Counted from the first letter of the stretch, positions 17,117 through 27,389 are shown. The stretch: DNA of 61,107 bases from Minisyncoccia bacterium (GCA_047639355.1 JBLIOC010000002.1:1-61107); one strand, 5' to 3'. The notes: a model not told the origin generated them from the letters alone. Made by a program: numbers and translations.

Positions 17117-18436
17117 TTAATATTCCTCCCTAAGACGAAGTGAAACATCATTCACGGCTTCATTTAAAGGTCTACGATTCTCGTTAATATCATTTACTAA
17201 AGTTTCAAAAATTTTATCCGTGGCGGCTAGTTCTGGATTAAGCCAACCGAGAGCAACTTGAGCTGATTGATAAGTAGCACGCCCGTAGATGGTGTTACTA
17301 CCTTGTGAAACTATACTACGGCGCACCGGTACCATATTGCTTTCTACAGCAATTCTACTAGACAAAACTTCGCCACTAAGGTTGAGCATCACGACACTAG
17401 CGGCCGACTTATTATCTGATGCCTTCAACATTGTTAAAGCGTAAAACTTACCATAAGTACGCCTGATGTTAGAGTTCGCTCCTTGGGGAATTTCAGCGAT
17501 ATCAAAATTCAAATTAGGATTAAGTAGCTCAATCTGTGGACCTTCGCTCCCGTATCCGAAATACATAACCAAATCACCAGAGACAAATTGCTGTCTATCC
17601 TCGTCAAGTGCGTGATTCCAAGAATAAAGAGCATTGCTTGGTCGGCTAAATCGAGTATAGAAATCAGCCGCAGCTTTAAGTGGGTCACCTTCTGCATTTT
17701 CGGTCGACTGCAGCTTAATGGTGTATTTATTTTGATTGCCAGCTACGTCTCCCACTCTTTGTGAGCCGCGCTGAATAAATAAGCTTGATATAATTCCGAA
17801 TGCATTCCTGATATTTTTATACCCCCCCATCGCTACTACACTAAGTGTAATAGTTCTGTCAAAATTACGCTGAATTAGATCAGGAAACATAGTGTTGACC
17901 AATACTTCCCACGTGCGTGGTGGTTCCAAGTATCCTTGGTTGGTCAGAATATTACGATTCCAATACATCATCATTGGATCGACTGCTATTGGATATCCGT
18001 ATAAACCATCCGATAGTGCGAATATTTGTGCGCCGTCTAGGTAGAGGTTACGAATATCAGGAATTGGGAACGCTTCATAAGAAAATGGTTGTATACGTGG
18101 CCTCATCTCTACTAATTTCTCTTGAGAAATTAGTAGCAAATCCGGACCTTCACCGTCAGCTAGAGCTCTGAGTAATTTATCATTAAAATTACTGGGGGAA
18201 TAATATTTGTAAGATACATTTCTATACTCATCAATGTCTTCGGTTAGATCCCTCAGAACACCATTGATCACATCAGCTGGTAGAGTTCCCCAGATTTCCA
18301 CGCTACCTGAAAAAGCTATTTGCCCATCTACACCTGAAGAAGGACCCGCTTCATAAGAGTTGACTATAAATAAAGCAACCATAGCCATTATTCCAAAGGC
18401 TACAACTAGAGTTAATTCAAACGGGCGGAGTTTCAT
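17117..18436 (-). CDS. Extracellular solute-binding-protein-like (ABC family 1 SBP fold) membrane-anchored protein
   Basis: 439 aa with an N-terminal anchor. The pattern GPDLLLISQEKL..., YGYPIAVDPMMMYWNRNIL..., PPRTWEVL resembles MalE-type SBPs. No ABC permease or ATPase is adjacent. Confidence 0.5.
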   Translation of the reverse strand: MKLRPFELTLVVAFGIMAMVALFIVNSYEAGPSSGVDGQIAFSGSVEIWGTLPADVINGVLRDLTEDIDEYRNVSYKYYSPSNFNDKLLRALADGEGPDLLLISQEKLVEMRPRIQPFSYEAFPIPDIRNLYLDGAQIFALSDGLYGYPIAVDPMMMYWNRNILTNQGYLEPPRTWEVLVNTMFPDLIQRNFDRTITLSVVAMGGYKNIRNAFGIISSLFIQRGSQRVGDVAGNQNKYTIKLQSTENAEGDPLKAAADFYTRFSRPSNALYSWNHALDEDRQQFVSGDLVMYFGYGSEGPQIELLNPNLNFDIAEIPQGANSNIRRTYGKFYALTMLKASDNKSAASVVMLNLSGEVLSSRIAVESNMVPVRRSIVSQGSNTIYGRATYQSAQVALGWLNPELAATDKIFETLVNDINENRRPLNEAVNDVSLRLREEY

Positions 18437-18981
18437 ATTTTTCTAAAAGCTAACCCGTAATGGTGCTCACCAGCTGGGTACTCTCTATCAAGCACAAAAC
18501 CATTCGCCTCAAAAAGCGCGGTGGCCATGTCGGTAGTCACTACGTGTCCGGGTTGTGGACCCATGCCAGAAAATGATTCAGTCCAATCGATAACAAAAAA
18601 TTTTCCACCCTTACGGACAGTTCGAGCCATTTCTTTAATAGCTGTCTCTTTATTTTCTATTATAAATAATGTATTAACCAGAATGGCAGTATCAAGCTCA
18701 CCAGTTCCAATTTTAATACCATTCTCTTCTTCCAAATCACACCATAACGGATGAATGTTCGAAAACCCTTGTTGTCGCGCGAGTTCTCCAAGTTTTTCAA
18801 CTAACATTTTTTGAATCTCACATGCAAACACTCTACCTGTCTCACCAACTGCTGTTGATAAAGATTTCAAAAAAAAACCACTGCCAGCACCAAAATCTGC
18901 AACAATATCTCCTTCGTTTAAATGGAAATGTGTAGCCACAACATCTGGCATCACAAACCGACCGACTACTGGTATATTCAT
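18433..18981 (-). CDS. Class I SAM-dependent methyltransferase
   Basis: 182 aa with motif I VADFGAGSGFF. A 4-nt overlap (ATGA) with the downstream SBP-like gene suggests an operon. Confidence 0.7.
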   Translation of the reverse strand: MNIPVVGRFVMPDVVATHFHLNEGDIVADFGAGSGFFLKSLSTAVGETGRVFACEIQKMLVEKLGELARQQGFSNIHPLWCDLEEENGIKIGTGELDTAILVNTLFIIENKETAIKEMARTVRKGGKFFVIDWTESFSGMGPQPGHVVTTDMATALFEANGFVLDREYPAGEHHYGLAFRKI

Positions 18982-19175
18982 TAATTGTATTATACACCCT
19001 AGAGTGAGAGATTGGGTTGACCACTGTGAAAAGTACCTCAGGTGCCATAAAGGGACAAACGCCGCTTTTTACTATTCAACCTACAAATAGTTGGACTCCT
19101 CGGTCCAGCAATTCTCCCTAGGTTAGAGGCGAATTGGGACATGAATTCAAAATATACCCTTTGGGTATTTGTTCA

Positions 19176-21644
19176 TTAAACAAATACCACACTCGCAATT
19201 GAGTCTCCGGTTCGCATCTTCATCACTCGCACTCCTTGTGTCTGACGACCAAGAGTTGGCACTTGTTTAAGTGGCAATTTAATTACCTGGCCTTTCTTAC
19301 TCATAATAACAAGCTCTCCATCAACTCGCTCTTCACCAGTAATAATGATTCCACGTACAATTGAACCGGTCTTAGAGGTAACTTTAGCAGTCTTAATTCC
19401 GGACCCGCCACGTTTTTGCGTCTTATACTCTTTAGCTGGAGTAGCCTTACCGTATCCGTACTCTGTTACAATCAATACTTCTCGGTCCACACCATCTGCC
19501 TTCAATACGTCAGCCGACACAATCCTATCTCCCTTTCCTAGCTTCATAGCGCTCACGCCAGCGGCTGTGCGTCCCATTTGGCGAACGTCACTTTCTTTAA
19601 ACCGAATCGCTTGACCTTTTTCAGTAATTAATGACACTTCATCTTTCTTGCCGACAAACATCGCAGCAATTAGCGAATCATCGTCTCTAAGTGTAATACC
19701 GATTAGTCCGCTGCGACGAACATCTCTAAATGAAGCAGCATCACTCTTCTTGGATACCCCATTCTTTGTTACCATCATTAGTGACCAATCTCCGTCCCAA
19801 TCCTCCTTCCGGACCGCTAATACAGAAGTAACATTCTCCTCAGCGTTTAGCGACAAGAAGTTCATAATGGACTTACCTTTAGTGGCTCTCCGACCTTCTG
19901 GAATTTCATACATTTTGCACTGATAGACCTTTCCTGCATCTGTAAAGAATAGTAAGTCACTGTGAGCTGAGGTAGTAATGAGTGTAGTAACAATGTCTTC
20001 TTCTTTAGTATTTAAATCAACCACTCCGACACCACCACGCTTCTGGACTTTATATTCGGCTGGATTAGTGCGTTTTACGTAACCACCTTTTGTTAGCACG
20101 AGTACACTTTCATCGTCTGGGACCAAATCCTCTGGATTTAGCTGTTTAACTCCTCCTTTTACGATTTTTGTGCGACGGTCATCACCGAATTTATCAGACA
20201 TTTCTTGCAGTTCGTCCTTAACAATCTTCATCATTTTAACCTTACTCTTCAAAATAGCTTCCATTTCTTTTATGAATTTCTGTACTACTGTAAGCTCGTC
20301 TTCAATCTTCTTACGCTCAAGACCGGCTAGTTTCTGGAGACGCATGTCAAGAATAGCCTGAGCTTGGACGATCGAGAATTTAAACTCTTTCATCAAGGCA
20401 GCGTGCGCAGTTGGAACATCTTTAGAAGCTCGAATCAACTTAATGATTTTATCGATATGATCAAGTGCTTTTTTTAGACCAAGCAAAATATGCTCGCGAT
20501 CTTTAGCCTTATTTAAGTCATACTGGGTTCTTCGCTTAATAATTTCAGTTCGGTGCTTAATGTATTCCTGAAGAATCATCTTGAGAGAGAGTGTCTGCGG
20601 TACACCGTCAACCAAAGCCACCATATTGTAATGAAAAGTATCTTCGAGCTGGGTATGTTTGTAGAGCTTATTAAGTACCGTCTGCGGTTGAGCTCCAGTC
20701 TTTAGATCAATCACAACTCGAATATCAGCTTTCGACTCGTCACGCATCTCACGAATACCTTCGATTTTCTTATCTCGCACCAAATTAGCAACCTTCTCTT
20801 GAAGATCAGCTTTATTAACGCGAAATGGAATTGAAGTAATTATGATTGAGAAAGTACCTCGTTTATCTTCAACAATTTCCGCTTCACCACGAACAACAAC
20901 TCCACCACGGCCAGTAGCGTAAGCCTGGGCAATAGCTTTTTTATCAAAAGCAATCGCTCCCATCGGGAAGTCAGGACCTTGAACGAACTTCAGTAAGTCA
21001 TCAGTAGTAGCGTCTGGATTATCGATCAGATGTGTTGTAGCGTTGGTTACCTCACGTAAGTTGTGCGGTGGGATGTTTGTAGCCATCCCCACAGCAATTC
21101 CTAATGAACCAAGAAGAAGCAAGTTTGGAGCCGCGGCCGGAAGAACAATCGGTTCCTTCTTGCTGCCATCAAAGTTTGGCCGCCAGTCCACAGTATCTTT
21201 CTCTAAGTCACGCAAGAGTTCTTCGGCGATTTTCGACATTTTAGCTTCAGTGTATCGATAAGCAGCTGGATTGTCACCGTCGATTGAACCGAAGTTACCC
21301 TGTCCAATAACCAGTGGATAACGTGTGGAAAAGTCCTGCGCAAGCTTAACCATCGCGTAATAGACCGACATGTCACCATGGGGATGAAAACTACCCAAAA
21401 CGTCACCTACTACAGTTGCTGACTTTCGGAATTTCGCTGTTGAAGTAAGACCGTTGAGACGCATTGAATAGAGAATCCGCCGGTGTACAGGCTTAAGTCC
21501 GTCACGCACATCAGGTAATGCACGCTGAGTAATAACCGACATTGCGTAATCGAGATACGCAGTCTCCATTTCTCCCGTAATACTCTGTGTGATGATTCCT
21601 CTTTTTGGATCAGCTGGTTCTGAGATTGGTGTCTTTTTCGGCAT
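19176..21644 (-). CDS. gyrA: DNA gyrase subunit A
   Basis: 822 aa with [16 protein letters not shown], the active-site AAYRYTE(A), and C-terminal beta-pinwheel repeats. Confidence 0.95.
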   Translation of the reverse strand: MPKKTPISEPADPKRGIITQSITGEMETAYLDYAMSVITQRALPDVRDGLKPVHRRILYSMRLNGLTSTAKFRKSATVVGDVLGSFHPHGDMSVYYAMVKLAQDFSTRYPLVIGQGNFGSIDGDNPAAYRYTEAKMSKIAEELLRDLEKDTVDWRPNFDGSKKEPIVLPAAAPNLLLLGSLGIAVGMATNIPPHNLREVTNATTHLIDNPDATTDDLLKFVQGPDFPMGAIAFDKKAIAQAYATGRGGVVVRGEAEIVEDKRGTFSIIITSIPFRVNKADLQEKVANLVRDKKIEGIREMRDESKADIRVVIDLKTGAQPQTVLNKLYKHTQLEDTFHYNMVALVDGVPQTLSLKMILQEYIKHRTEIIKRRTQYDLNKAKDREHILLGLKKALDHIDKIIKLIRASKDVPTAHAALMKEFKFSIVQAQAILDMRLQKLAGLERKKIEDELTVVQKFIKEMEAILKSKVKMMKIVKDELQEMSDKFGDDRRTKIVKGGVKQLNPEDLVPDDESVLVLTKGGYVKRTNPAEYKVQKRGGVGVVDLNTKEEDIVTTLITTSAHSDLLFFTDAGKVYQCKMYEIPEGRRATKGKSIMNFLSLNAEENVTSVLAVRKEDWDGDWSLMMVTKNGVSKKSDAASFRDVRRSGLIGITLRDDDSLIAAMFVGKKDEVSLITEKGQAIRFKESDVRQMGRTAAGVSAMKLGKGDRIVSADVLKADGVDREVLIVTEYGYGKATPAKEYKTQKRGGSGIKTAKVTSKTGSIVRGIIITGEERVDGELVIMSKKGQVIKLPLKQVPTLGRQTQGVRVMKMRTGDSIASVVFV

Positions 21645-21821
21645 AGAAATCTATAATTCCATTTGTAGTAATTAAATTTAGTGTCCAACAATTTCGCTTA
21701 GGAAAGAACGATGTTTTGGCGCGTTAGGTGCAGAAAATATACTCTTAACATCATTATTTTATAGCAACCTAAACTTAACATTATCGTTACTTTCCTTGTG
21801 TCGTTTAATAATATAACATAT

Positions 21822-22271
21822 TTACTCAACTTCAGCGCTCTTGGGGGAGGTAGATGAGCCCGTTATCAGTATACGAACAGCTCTTGCGGTTGATGTTACA
21901 GGAACAACGTTCGGTAAATCTGTGGAAAAACCAAACTCAGTTTGATCAGTCTCTGACGGAGCTACTACAGACGACGTAGCAGACACATCAAACATTCCTT
22001 CGAGCGGCTCATCCAATACTTCTGAATCAGGATCATCTGAGACAGAATTTTTGATAGAGGAAAGATTATCACCAATTTCATCAAAAAGCTGTGAGAAAAT
22101 TGGGGACGAATCTTTATTTTTGGTATCCGTAATAACCGACAGACGATTTGGTATATTGTACAGCCATACAACAAAAACACATGTTGTAAATACACTAGCG
22201 ATAATTAAAGCTATCTTATTACGGGCAGTTTTCGGTTTTCGGCGAATATTTTTGACAAAACGCTTAAACAT
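21822..22271 (-). CDS. Hypothetical membrane-anchored protein
   Basis: 149 aa with a basic N-terminus, one TM segment and an acidic Ser/Asp-rich tail. Confidence 0.35.
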   Translation of the reverse strand: MFKRFVKNIRRKPKTARNKIALIIASVFTTCVFVVWLYNIPNRLSVITDTKNKDSSPIFSQLFDEIGDNLSSIKNSVSDDPDSEVLDEPLEGMFDVSATSSVVAPSETDQTEFGFSTDLPNVVPVTSTARAVRILITGSSTSPKSAEVE

Positions 22272-22279
22272 ACTATTGA

Positions 22280-22921
22280 CTATGATTTAAGGACTACCAC
22301 TTCCCCTGACATGGTTTGTATATCTTTTCGTTTAATGGTGAGTTTATCGATTGGCTTTTGATTTTCATTACTTTCTTCTTTTAGAAAGGTCTTGAGAGAA
22401 ACCGCATCATAGTGCATTGGAATAATGAGTTTGGCCTCTAATTTAACAGCTAACTTTGCCGCTTGCGGAACTTCTAGTACATCACCGCCGCCAACTGGTA
22501 AGAACAGTATGTCTATGTCACCGAACTCAGTAAGAATCTTTGGGTCAATATCAGGATCACTAAGAGAACCCATGAAAATAATATTCATGTCTTCCAGGTG
22601 TACTTGGTAAATAGTATTAAAGTGTTCAACTTTGTCATAAATAGTCTTAACTCCAAAACCACGAGCTGTTACCTGACCAACCTCGTACTCACCGGGACCA
22701 TCGACGACAAACGGTTGCTTTGAGCCATGCGCTACTTGTTCGACCCCGTTAAAATCTGGGTGCCACATGGTAACAAAAGCCACATCGACTCCAAATTTTA
22801 CTTGCTCTAATTTTGATTTTTTTGAAATTGGGTTGAAGGCAATGGTCGTACTACCAAAAGAAAGTTTGAAGCACTGACCGCCGTGATATGAAATAACCAT
22901 AGTGCGACTAGTATACGACAT
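22280..22921 (-). CDS. Metallo-beta-lactamase-fold hydrolase-like protein (UPF0173-like)
   Basis: 213 aa. The pattern ISYHGGQCFKL...AFNP...DILFLPVGG...IIPMHY matches the family layout. The canonical HxHxDH is not obvious (VTMWHPDF). Confidence 0.5.
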   Translation of the reverse strand: MSYTSRTMVISYHGGQCFKLSFGSTTIAFNPISKKSKLEQVKFGVDVAFVTMWHPDFNGVEQVAHGSKQPFVVDGPGEYEVGQVTARGFGVKTIYDKVEHFNTIYQVHLEDMNIIFMGSLSDPDIDPKILTEFGDIDILFLPVGGGDVLEVPQAAKLAVKLEAKLIIPMHYDAVSLKTFLKEESNENQKPIDKLTIKRKDIQTMSGEVVVLKS

Positions 22922-22969
22922 TCTGACCGGAAGATGAAATTTTACTATTTAAAGCCTTCTTTTTTACAC

Positions 22970-22998
22970 TTGACAAAAGCTTTATGTATTGTTAATAT
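22970..22998 (+). promoter_or_regulatory. Consensus sigma70 promoter
   Basis: TTGACA (22970-22975) - 17 nt - TAATAT (22993-22998). Confidence 0.65.
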
Positions 22999-23003
22999 TG
23001 ATG

Positions 23004-23226
23004 GGCTCTGCGGAAGACATCCGCCCGACCGAGCAGTGCAAAGACGTTCTTTAAACCGACCGACAAAAATGGAGGCATTTGCAATGAATATTGCACACGC
23101 ACCCCCGGCGCCTACAGCACAAGTAGACGTCGTAACCTGGAACTGAATCCCAGCGCCGCCGCATCATTACAAGCATGATGCTACGCAACACCCCGTACTG
23201 ACTAGCAATCAGTACGGGTATTTTTA
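23004..23226 (+). ncRNA. GC-rich structured transcript with a 20-codon ORF (sRNA or small-protein mRNA), identity unknown
   Basis: It lies between the consensus promoter and the intrinsic terminator (cccgtactga..tcagtacggg + T-run, 23192-23225). Hairpins are gcgga/tccgc, tgcaat/attgca, ctac/gtag, ctgg/ccag and gcatcat/atgatgc. SD GGAGG sits 8 nt before the ATG at 23084, and the stop ends at 23146. Confidence 0.4.
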
Positions 23227-23375
23227 TAGACAAATAAACATTTATATACTATATTTGTCACACCTATAAGGTAATTAATAGTTTCTAGCGACACACGTTT
23301 AACCCCGCGCTCACGGACAATGGCCACGAGCAACAGTTGCGCGGACGCGTGTCGTCGGAATAAAAATAAATAAAT

Positions 23376-24506
23376 ATGTTGTTTGGAAAAACTACAACAG
23401 CTGTGGCTGAGAAGGAAGTTATTGGTTCCCCAGCTATTCTAAGTGTCATGGACCAATACTTGGTTGACACACCATTACCCCCAAAGGAAGGAGAAATCGT
23501 AGAAGGAGTTGTTTCGGCTATAGGGCGAGCACGTGTATATATTGACATAGCACCTTTTGGTACTGGTCTTATATACGGACGTGAGTACATGAACGCGCGA
23601 GACATTCTTCGTAAAGTCGCTCCCGGCGACACCATCGCTTCTAAAGTAGTGATGCCAGAAAATGAAGACGGTTACATCGAGCTTTCACTAAAAGAAGCTC
23701 GACAAGCTCTGATTTGGGCAGACGCAGAAGAAGCTGTGAAAAAAGGAACCATTCTAAGCCTTGAAGTAAAAGAAGCAAACAAAGGTGGGCTTATTATCGA
23801 CTGGCAAGGTATCCAAGGATTCTTACCAGCTTCTCAACTTTCATCTGAAAACTACCCACGAGTAACAGACGGCGACAAGGACAAAATCCTGACGGCCTTA
23901 AATGAACTAATTGGTAAGCACCTATCAGTAGTAGCAATTACAGCTGATCCAAAAGAACATAAACTTATCTTCTCCGAAAAGGGTCTCCAAGAAAAAGAAG
24001 ACAAGGAAGAAAAAGTAAACAAGTATGAAGTTGGTAACGTCCTGAAGGGCGAAGTAACTGGTGCTGTTGACTTTGGTGTGTTCGTAAAACTGGAACCAGG
24101 CTTAGAAGGTCTAGTTCACATTTCTGAACTAGACTGGGGTCTTGTTGAAGACACCAAGTCTCTCTACAAGATTGGCGACGTTGTCGAAGTGAAAGTGATT
24201 GAAGTTAAAGATGACAAAATCTCACTATCAATCAAACAACTCAAGGAAAACCCGTGGGTTACAGCGGGCAAAAAGTACAAGAAGGACCAAACTGTTGATG
24301 GCGTTGTCATTAAGTACAACAAGCACGGCGCTCTAGCCTCAATCGAGGAAGGTGTAGCTGGTCTAGTTCATGTTTCAGAATTCGAAACTGAAGAAAAACT
24401 TAAAACAGCTCTATCACTTGGTGGTGTCTACAAGTTTAAGATCACCTTCTTTGAACCAGGTGAACAAAAAATGACACTTTCGTACAAAGAAGCTAACGAA
24501 GCGTAA
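23376..24506 (+). CDS. rpsA: 30S ribosomal protein S1 (four S1 OB-fold repeats)
   Basis: 376 aa with repeated S1-domain patterns (G.V.G.V....GVFV.L..G.EGLVHISE). Confidence 0.9.
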   Translation: MLFGKTTTAVAEKEVIGSPAILSVMDQYLVDTPLPPKEGEIVEGVVSAIGRARVYIDIAPFGTGLIYGREYMNARDILRKVAPGDTIASKVVMPENEDGYIELSLKEARQALIWADAEEAVKKGTILSLEVKEANKGGLIIDWQGIQGFLPASQLSSENYPRVTDGDKDKILTALNELIGKHLSVVAITADPKEHKLIFSEKGLQEKEDKEEKVNKYEVGNVLKGEVTGAVDFGVFVKLEPGLEGLVHISELDWGLVEDTKSLYKIGDVVEVKVIEVKDDKISLSIKQLKENPWVTAGKKYKKDQTVDGVVIKYNKHGALASIEEGVAGLVHVSEFETEEKLKTALSLGGVYKFKITFFEPGEQKMTLSYKEANEA

Positions 24507-24516
24507 GATAAATACT

Positions 24517-24563
24517 GAAACACTAAAAAACTGGCCACCAACTGGCCAGTTTTTTAGTGTTTC
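24517..24563. terminator. 20-bp perfect bidirectional terminator between rpsA and pth
   Basis: gaaacactaaaaaactggcc - 7-nt loop - ggccagttttttagtgtttc. Confidence 0.75.
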
Positions 24564-24592
24564 AACTAGAAATATTTTTTTAATCTTCGGTT

Positions 24593-25180
24593 TTAGTTAA
24601 TTTCGCTCATAGCAGCTTCTACTCCGTCAGAAATTATAATCTCCAGAGCTTTCTGAACTTGCCCAAAAACTTCTGGTAGTTGTTTTTGTTCCTTATTAGA
24701 GAATGGCTTGAGTACAAAACGTTCCAGCGGCCCTCCCCCAGCAGGCCTCTTCACCTTCCTTGTCCAAAAGCTCTTCGAAGCAATTCCAATCCGCACGCGA
24801 ACAAATTCTTTTGAGTCTAATTTATCTATAATTGATTGCACACCATTATTTCCACCCGATCCACGTCCTTGAACAATTTTTAATTCACCAAAAGGTAAAT
24901 CTATATCATCATGTACGACAACAAGTTTCTCAATTTCTTTTTTTGGTACTAATTTAGCTGCAGCACTTCCAGAATTATTCATGAAAGTATTTGGATAGAG
25001 GACTGTCACTTCTTCATTTTTAATCACACCAACACTAACTCGTCCCGATAATGATCTCGATTCAGTTAAATTTGAAAATAGAAGTTTATCAAGTACACAA
25101 TCTAACGCCGACCACCCAACGTTATGTCGAGTGGTTTGATATTTTTCTCCAGGATTACCTAAGCCAACTACATAAAACAT
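24593..25180 (-). CDS. pth: Peptidyl-tRNA hydrolase
   Basis: Starts MFYVVGLGNPGEKYQTTRHNVGW. HDD and GGNNG(V) motifs are present. Confidence 0.9.
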   Translation of the reverse strand: MFYVVGLGNPGEKYQTTRHNVGWSALDCVLDKLLFSNLTESRSLSGRVSVGVIKNEEVTVLYPNTFMNNSGSAAAKLVPKKEIEKLVVVHDDIDLPFGELKIVQGRGSGGNNGVQSIIDKLDSKEFVRVRIGIASKSFWTRKVKRPAGGGPLERFVLKPFSNKEQKQLPEVFGQVQKALEIIISDGVEAAMSEIN

Positions 25181-25268
25181 GCAAGTATTGTACACGAAAA
25201 GCCTAGTGAAAAGCGAAGTTTGTTTTTACTCTAGAAATTTCGTATACTACAAACTAACTTAGTTACTT

Positions 25269-25904
25269 ATGTCAGTATTTTCACACAAAAAACCTCCTAC
25301 TGATGACTCTCCCTCTGAGTCTATTGAAGAAGTGAACAGCGAACATCCTCTCACTGAGATAGTTCGTTTCTCTATCATTGCCATTCTTATTGTTATCCCA
25401 ATTCGCATGTTTATTGCACAACCGTTTATCGTGTCCGGTGCCTCAATGAATGATACTTTCGCCAATGGCCAATATCTAATCGTCGATCAGGTAAGTTATT
25501 ATTTTGAAAAACCCAACCGAGGTGACGTAGTCGTTTTTCGTTACCCAAAGGATCCCTCAAAATTTTTCATTAAACGTGTGGTTGCATTGCCTGGAGAAAC
25601 TATTTCTATTAACGACAGTGCTGTCACTATCTCTAACAAAACTTTTCCTGATGGATTTATTTTAGAAGAACCCTACATTAAATCCATGAAACCTACTGCA
25701 GCCTTTGTCGAAACCCTTGGCGGTCGTGAATATTTTGTAATGGGAGACAATCGAGACCAAAGTTCTGATTCTAGGAGTTGGGGCGTATTGCAGGAAGAAC
25801 GAATAGTCGGACGAGCTATTTTTCGCTTATTCCCACCTAGCGTTATTGACTACTTACCAGGAGCACTCGAGGACATTAACGAGAGCTACGTACCACAATC
25901 TTAA
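25269..25904 (+). CDS. lepB: Signal peptidase I
   Basis: 211 aa with an N-terminal TM segment, SGASM (catalytic Ser), KRV (Lys box), and GDNRDQSSDSR. Confidence 0.9.
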   Translation: MSVFSHKKPPTDDSPSESIEEVNSEHPLTEIVRFSIIAILIVIPIRMFIAQPFIVSGASMNDTFANGQYLIVDQVSYYFEKPNRGDVVVFRYPKDPSKFFIKRVVALPGETISINDSAVTISNKTFPDGFILEEPYIKSMKPTAAFVETLGGREYFVMGDNRDQSSDSRSWGVLQEERIVGRAIFRLFPPSVIDYLPGALEDINESYVPQS

Positions 25905-25918
25905 TCGTTTAAATTGAA

Positions 25919-27094
25919 TTGCTTATGCCACACACATCGACAGAATTTCTCAAGGTAGCTAACAGTACAGCAGAACACTTTGGCTTCCATACCATAGAAC
26001 AATTAAGAAAGTCACCTGAATGTAAGCACTGCGAAACCTCAATGCCACATACTGTCACAGGAACAAACAAGCGCCTTGATAGCAACCAAGGCCTACTCTG
26101 TTCAGCCATCGGCACTTTTTGTGATGAAAAACTTCACTCATTAGAAAAACCTGTTCTTCTGTACGCCTTTGAACAAGTCCCCCGAACTGGTGAAACCGCT
26201 GTAACTTTTCATATTTTTAATGTTGAACGTAGTATTGCTGAAGCGATTCTTATACACGCCACAAGAGCCCTTATAACTGACCTAGGTTATGTTGACCATA
26301 CTGTGCGAATAAACTCATTAGGTGACACAGATTCACTTGCTAGATACAGTCGTGAACTAACAAACTTTCTCAAAAAGCGTCTAGACGTTATGCCTCCGAC
26401 AGCACGAGAATTAATAAAAGAACATCCTCTTAGCGCCCTTTCACACCTAATCGACACGAATCATGAGTTATCTTACCGGAGCCCTAATCCACTTGAATAT
26501 TTGAGTGACCCTAGCCGAAAGCACTTCCGTGAGATTATCGAGTATCTAGACATGAGTGAGACTCCATACGAAATAGACCCTAAAATGCTCAGACATCACG
26601 AATGTTATTCAGATGCAATCTTTTCAATCGACGTACAAAAAGAAGACCCTGCGGACGAAGTACCTGTTACAGTTACAGGTGGCCGTTTTGACGAATTCGT
26701 TTACCGGACCACCAGGACACGAACACCGGCAGTTGGAGCTGTTGTAACTCTCAAAAATAGTAAAGCCCCTGCTAGAGCACCAAGACCAAAGGTGAAAAAA
26801 CCTGCAATTTACGTGATACAGCTCGGATTCGGTCCAAAGATTAAAAGTTTATTACTAATAGATTCGCTTCGAAGGGCTGGTATTCAAGTTATCCACGATC
26901 TGGCTAGCAACTCCCTTTCAGACCAACTACGCGATGCGGAAAACAGAGAGGTTAAATACACCATTATTATCGGACAAAAAGAGTTCGCTGAGAATACAGT
27001 AATCTTCCGTGATATGGGTGTCAGAAACCAAGAATACGTTGACGTTGAAACCCTTATTCGTAGACTGAAACGTAAAACATCAGTCACTATTTAA
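25919..27094 (+). CDS. HisRS/HisZ-like class II aaRS paralogue with an anticodon-binding domain and degenerate catalytic motifs
   Basis: 391 aa, collinear with HisRS (INSLGD..., GGRFDEF, PAVGAVV, and a C-terminal HGTP-type domain IYVIQLG...KYTIIIGQKEF). However, motif 2 reads YAFEQVPRTGETAVTF and the HisA/B regions are not conserved. Confidence 0.55.
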   Translation: MLMPHTSTEFLKVANSTAEHFGFHTIEQLRKSPECKHCETSMPHTVTGTNKRLDSNQGLLCSAIGTFCDEKLHSLEKPVLLYAFEQVPRTGETAVTFHIFNVERSIAEAILIHATRALITDLGYVDHTVRINSLGDTDSLARYSRELTNFLKKRLDVMPPTARELIKEHPLSALSHLIDTNHELSYRSPNPLEYLSDPSRKHFREIIEYLDMSETPYEIDPKMLRHHECYSDAIFSIDVQKEDPADEVPVTVTGGRFDEFVYRTTRTRTPAVGAVVTLKNSKAPARAPRPKVKKPAIYVIQLGFGPKIKSLLLIDSLRRAGIQVIHDLASNSLSDQLRDAENREVKYTIIIGQKEFAENTVIFRDMGVRNQEYVDVETLIRRLKRKTSVTI

Positions 27095-27140
27095 AAGTAC
27101 TTGCACCATCTTCGGCAAGGTGGTATGCTCTCACCCACAT

Positions 27141-27389
27141 ATGGCAACCAATGTTGAAGTAGAAAAAAATAACAACGAAAGTAGTGCGAATGTAATACGT
27201 CGTTTTACTAAGCGTGTCCAGGGAGCAGGTATTGTTCCCAAGGTGCGTGGTGGACGATATCACAATCGCTTAAAGAGTAAGAATGTACAGCGTACAGCGA
27301 AGCTCAAGAAAATCGGTAAGCAAGAAGTTTACGAGAAACTTGTTAAACTTGGTAAAATTCAAGAATTTCGAGGGCGAGGGCGACGTTAA
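27141..27389 (+). CDS. rpsU: 30S ribosomal protein S21
   Basis: 82 aa, very basic, with a VIRRFTKRV...GRYHNRLKSKNVQR pattern. Confidence 0.75.
   Translation: MATNVEVEKNNNESSANVIRRFTKRVQGAGIVPKVRGGRYHNRLKSKNVQRTAKLKKIGKQEVYEKLVKLGKIQEFRGRGRR

Noticed and set aside
19345-21691. ORFs nested in or antisense to gyrA
   Set aside because: They are contained in the 822-aa GyrA frame.
23004-23226. tmRNA, SRP (4.5S) RNA, 6S RNA or RNase P RNA as the identity of the structured transcript
   Set aside because: There is no GGGG...UUCGAC 5' end or T-arm/ACCA 3' end pairing for tmRNA. There is no GGAA-tetraloop + GGAAGCAGC helix-8 motif for SRP. The 5' and 3' ends are not complementary as in 6S. There is no GGAAAGUCC/ACAGAA..GGCUUA for RNase P. 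The identity is left open.
23285-23635. ORF 23285-23635(-), 116 aa
   Set aside because: It is antisense to the rpsA start and leader hairpin.
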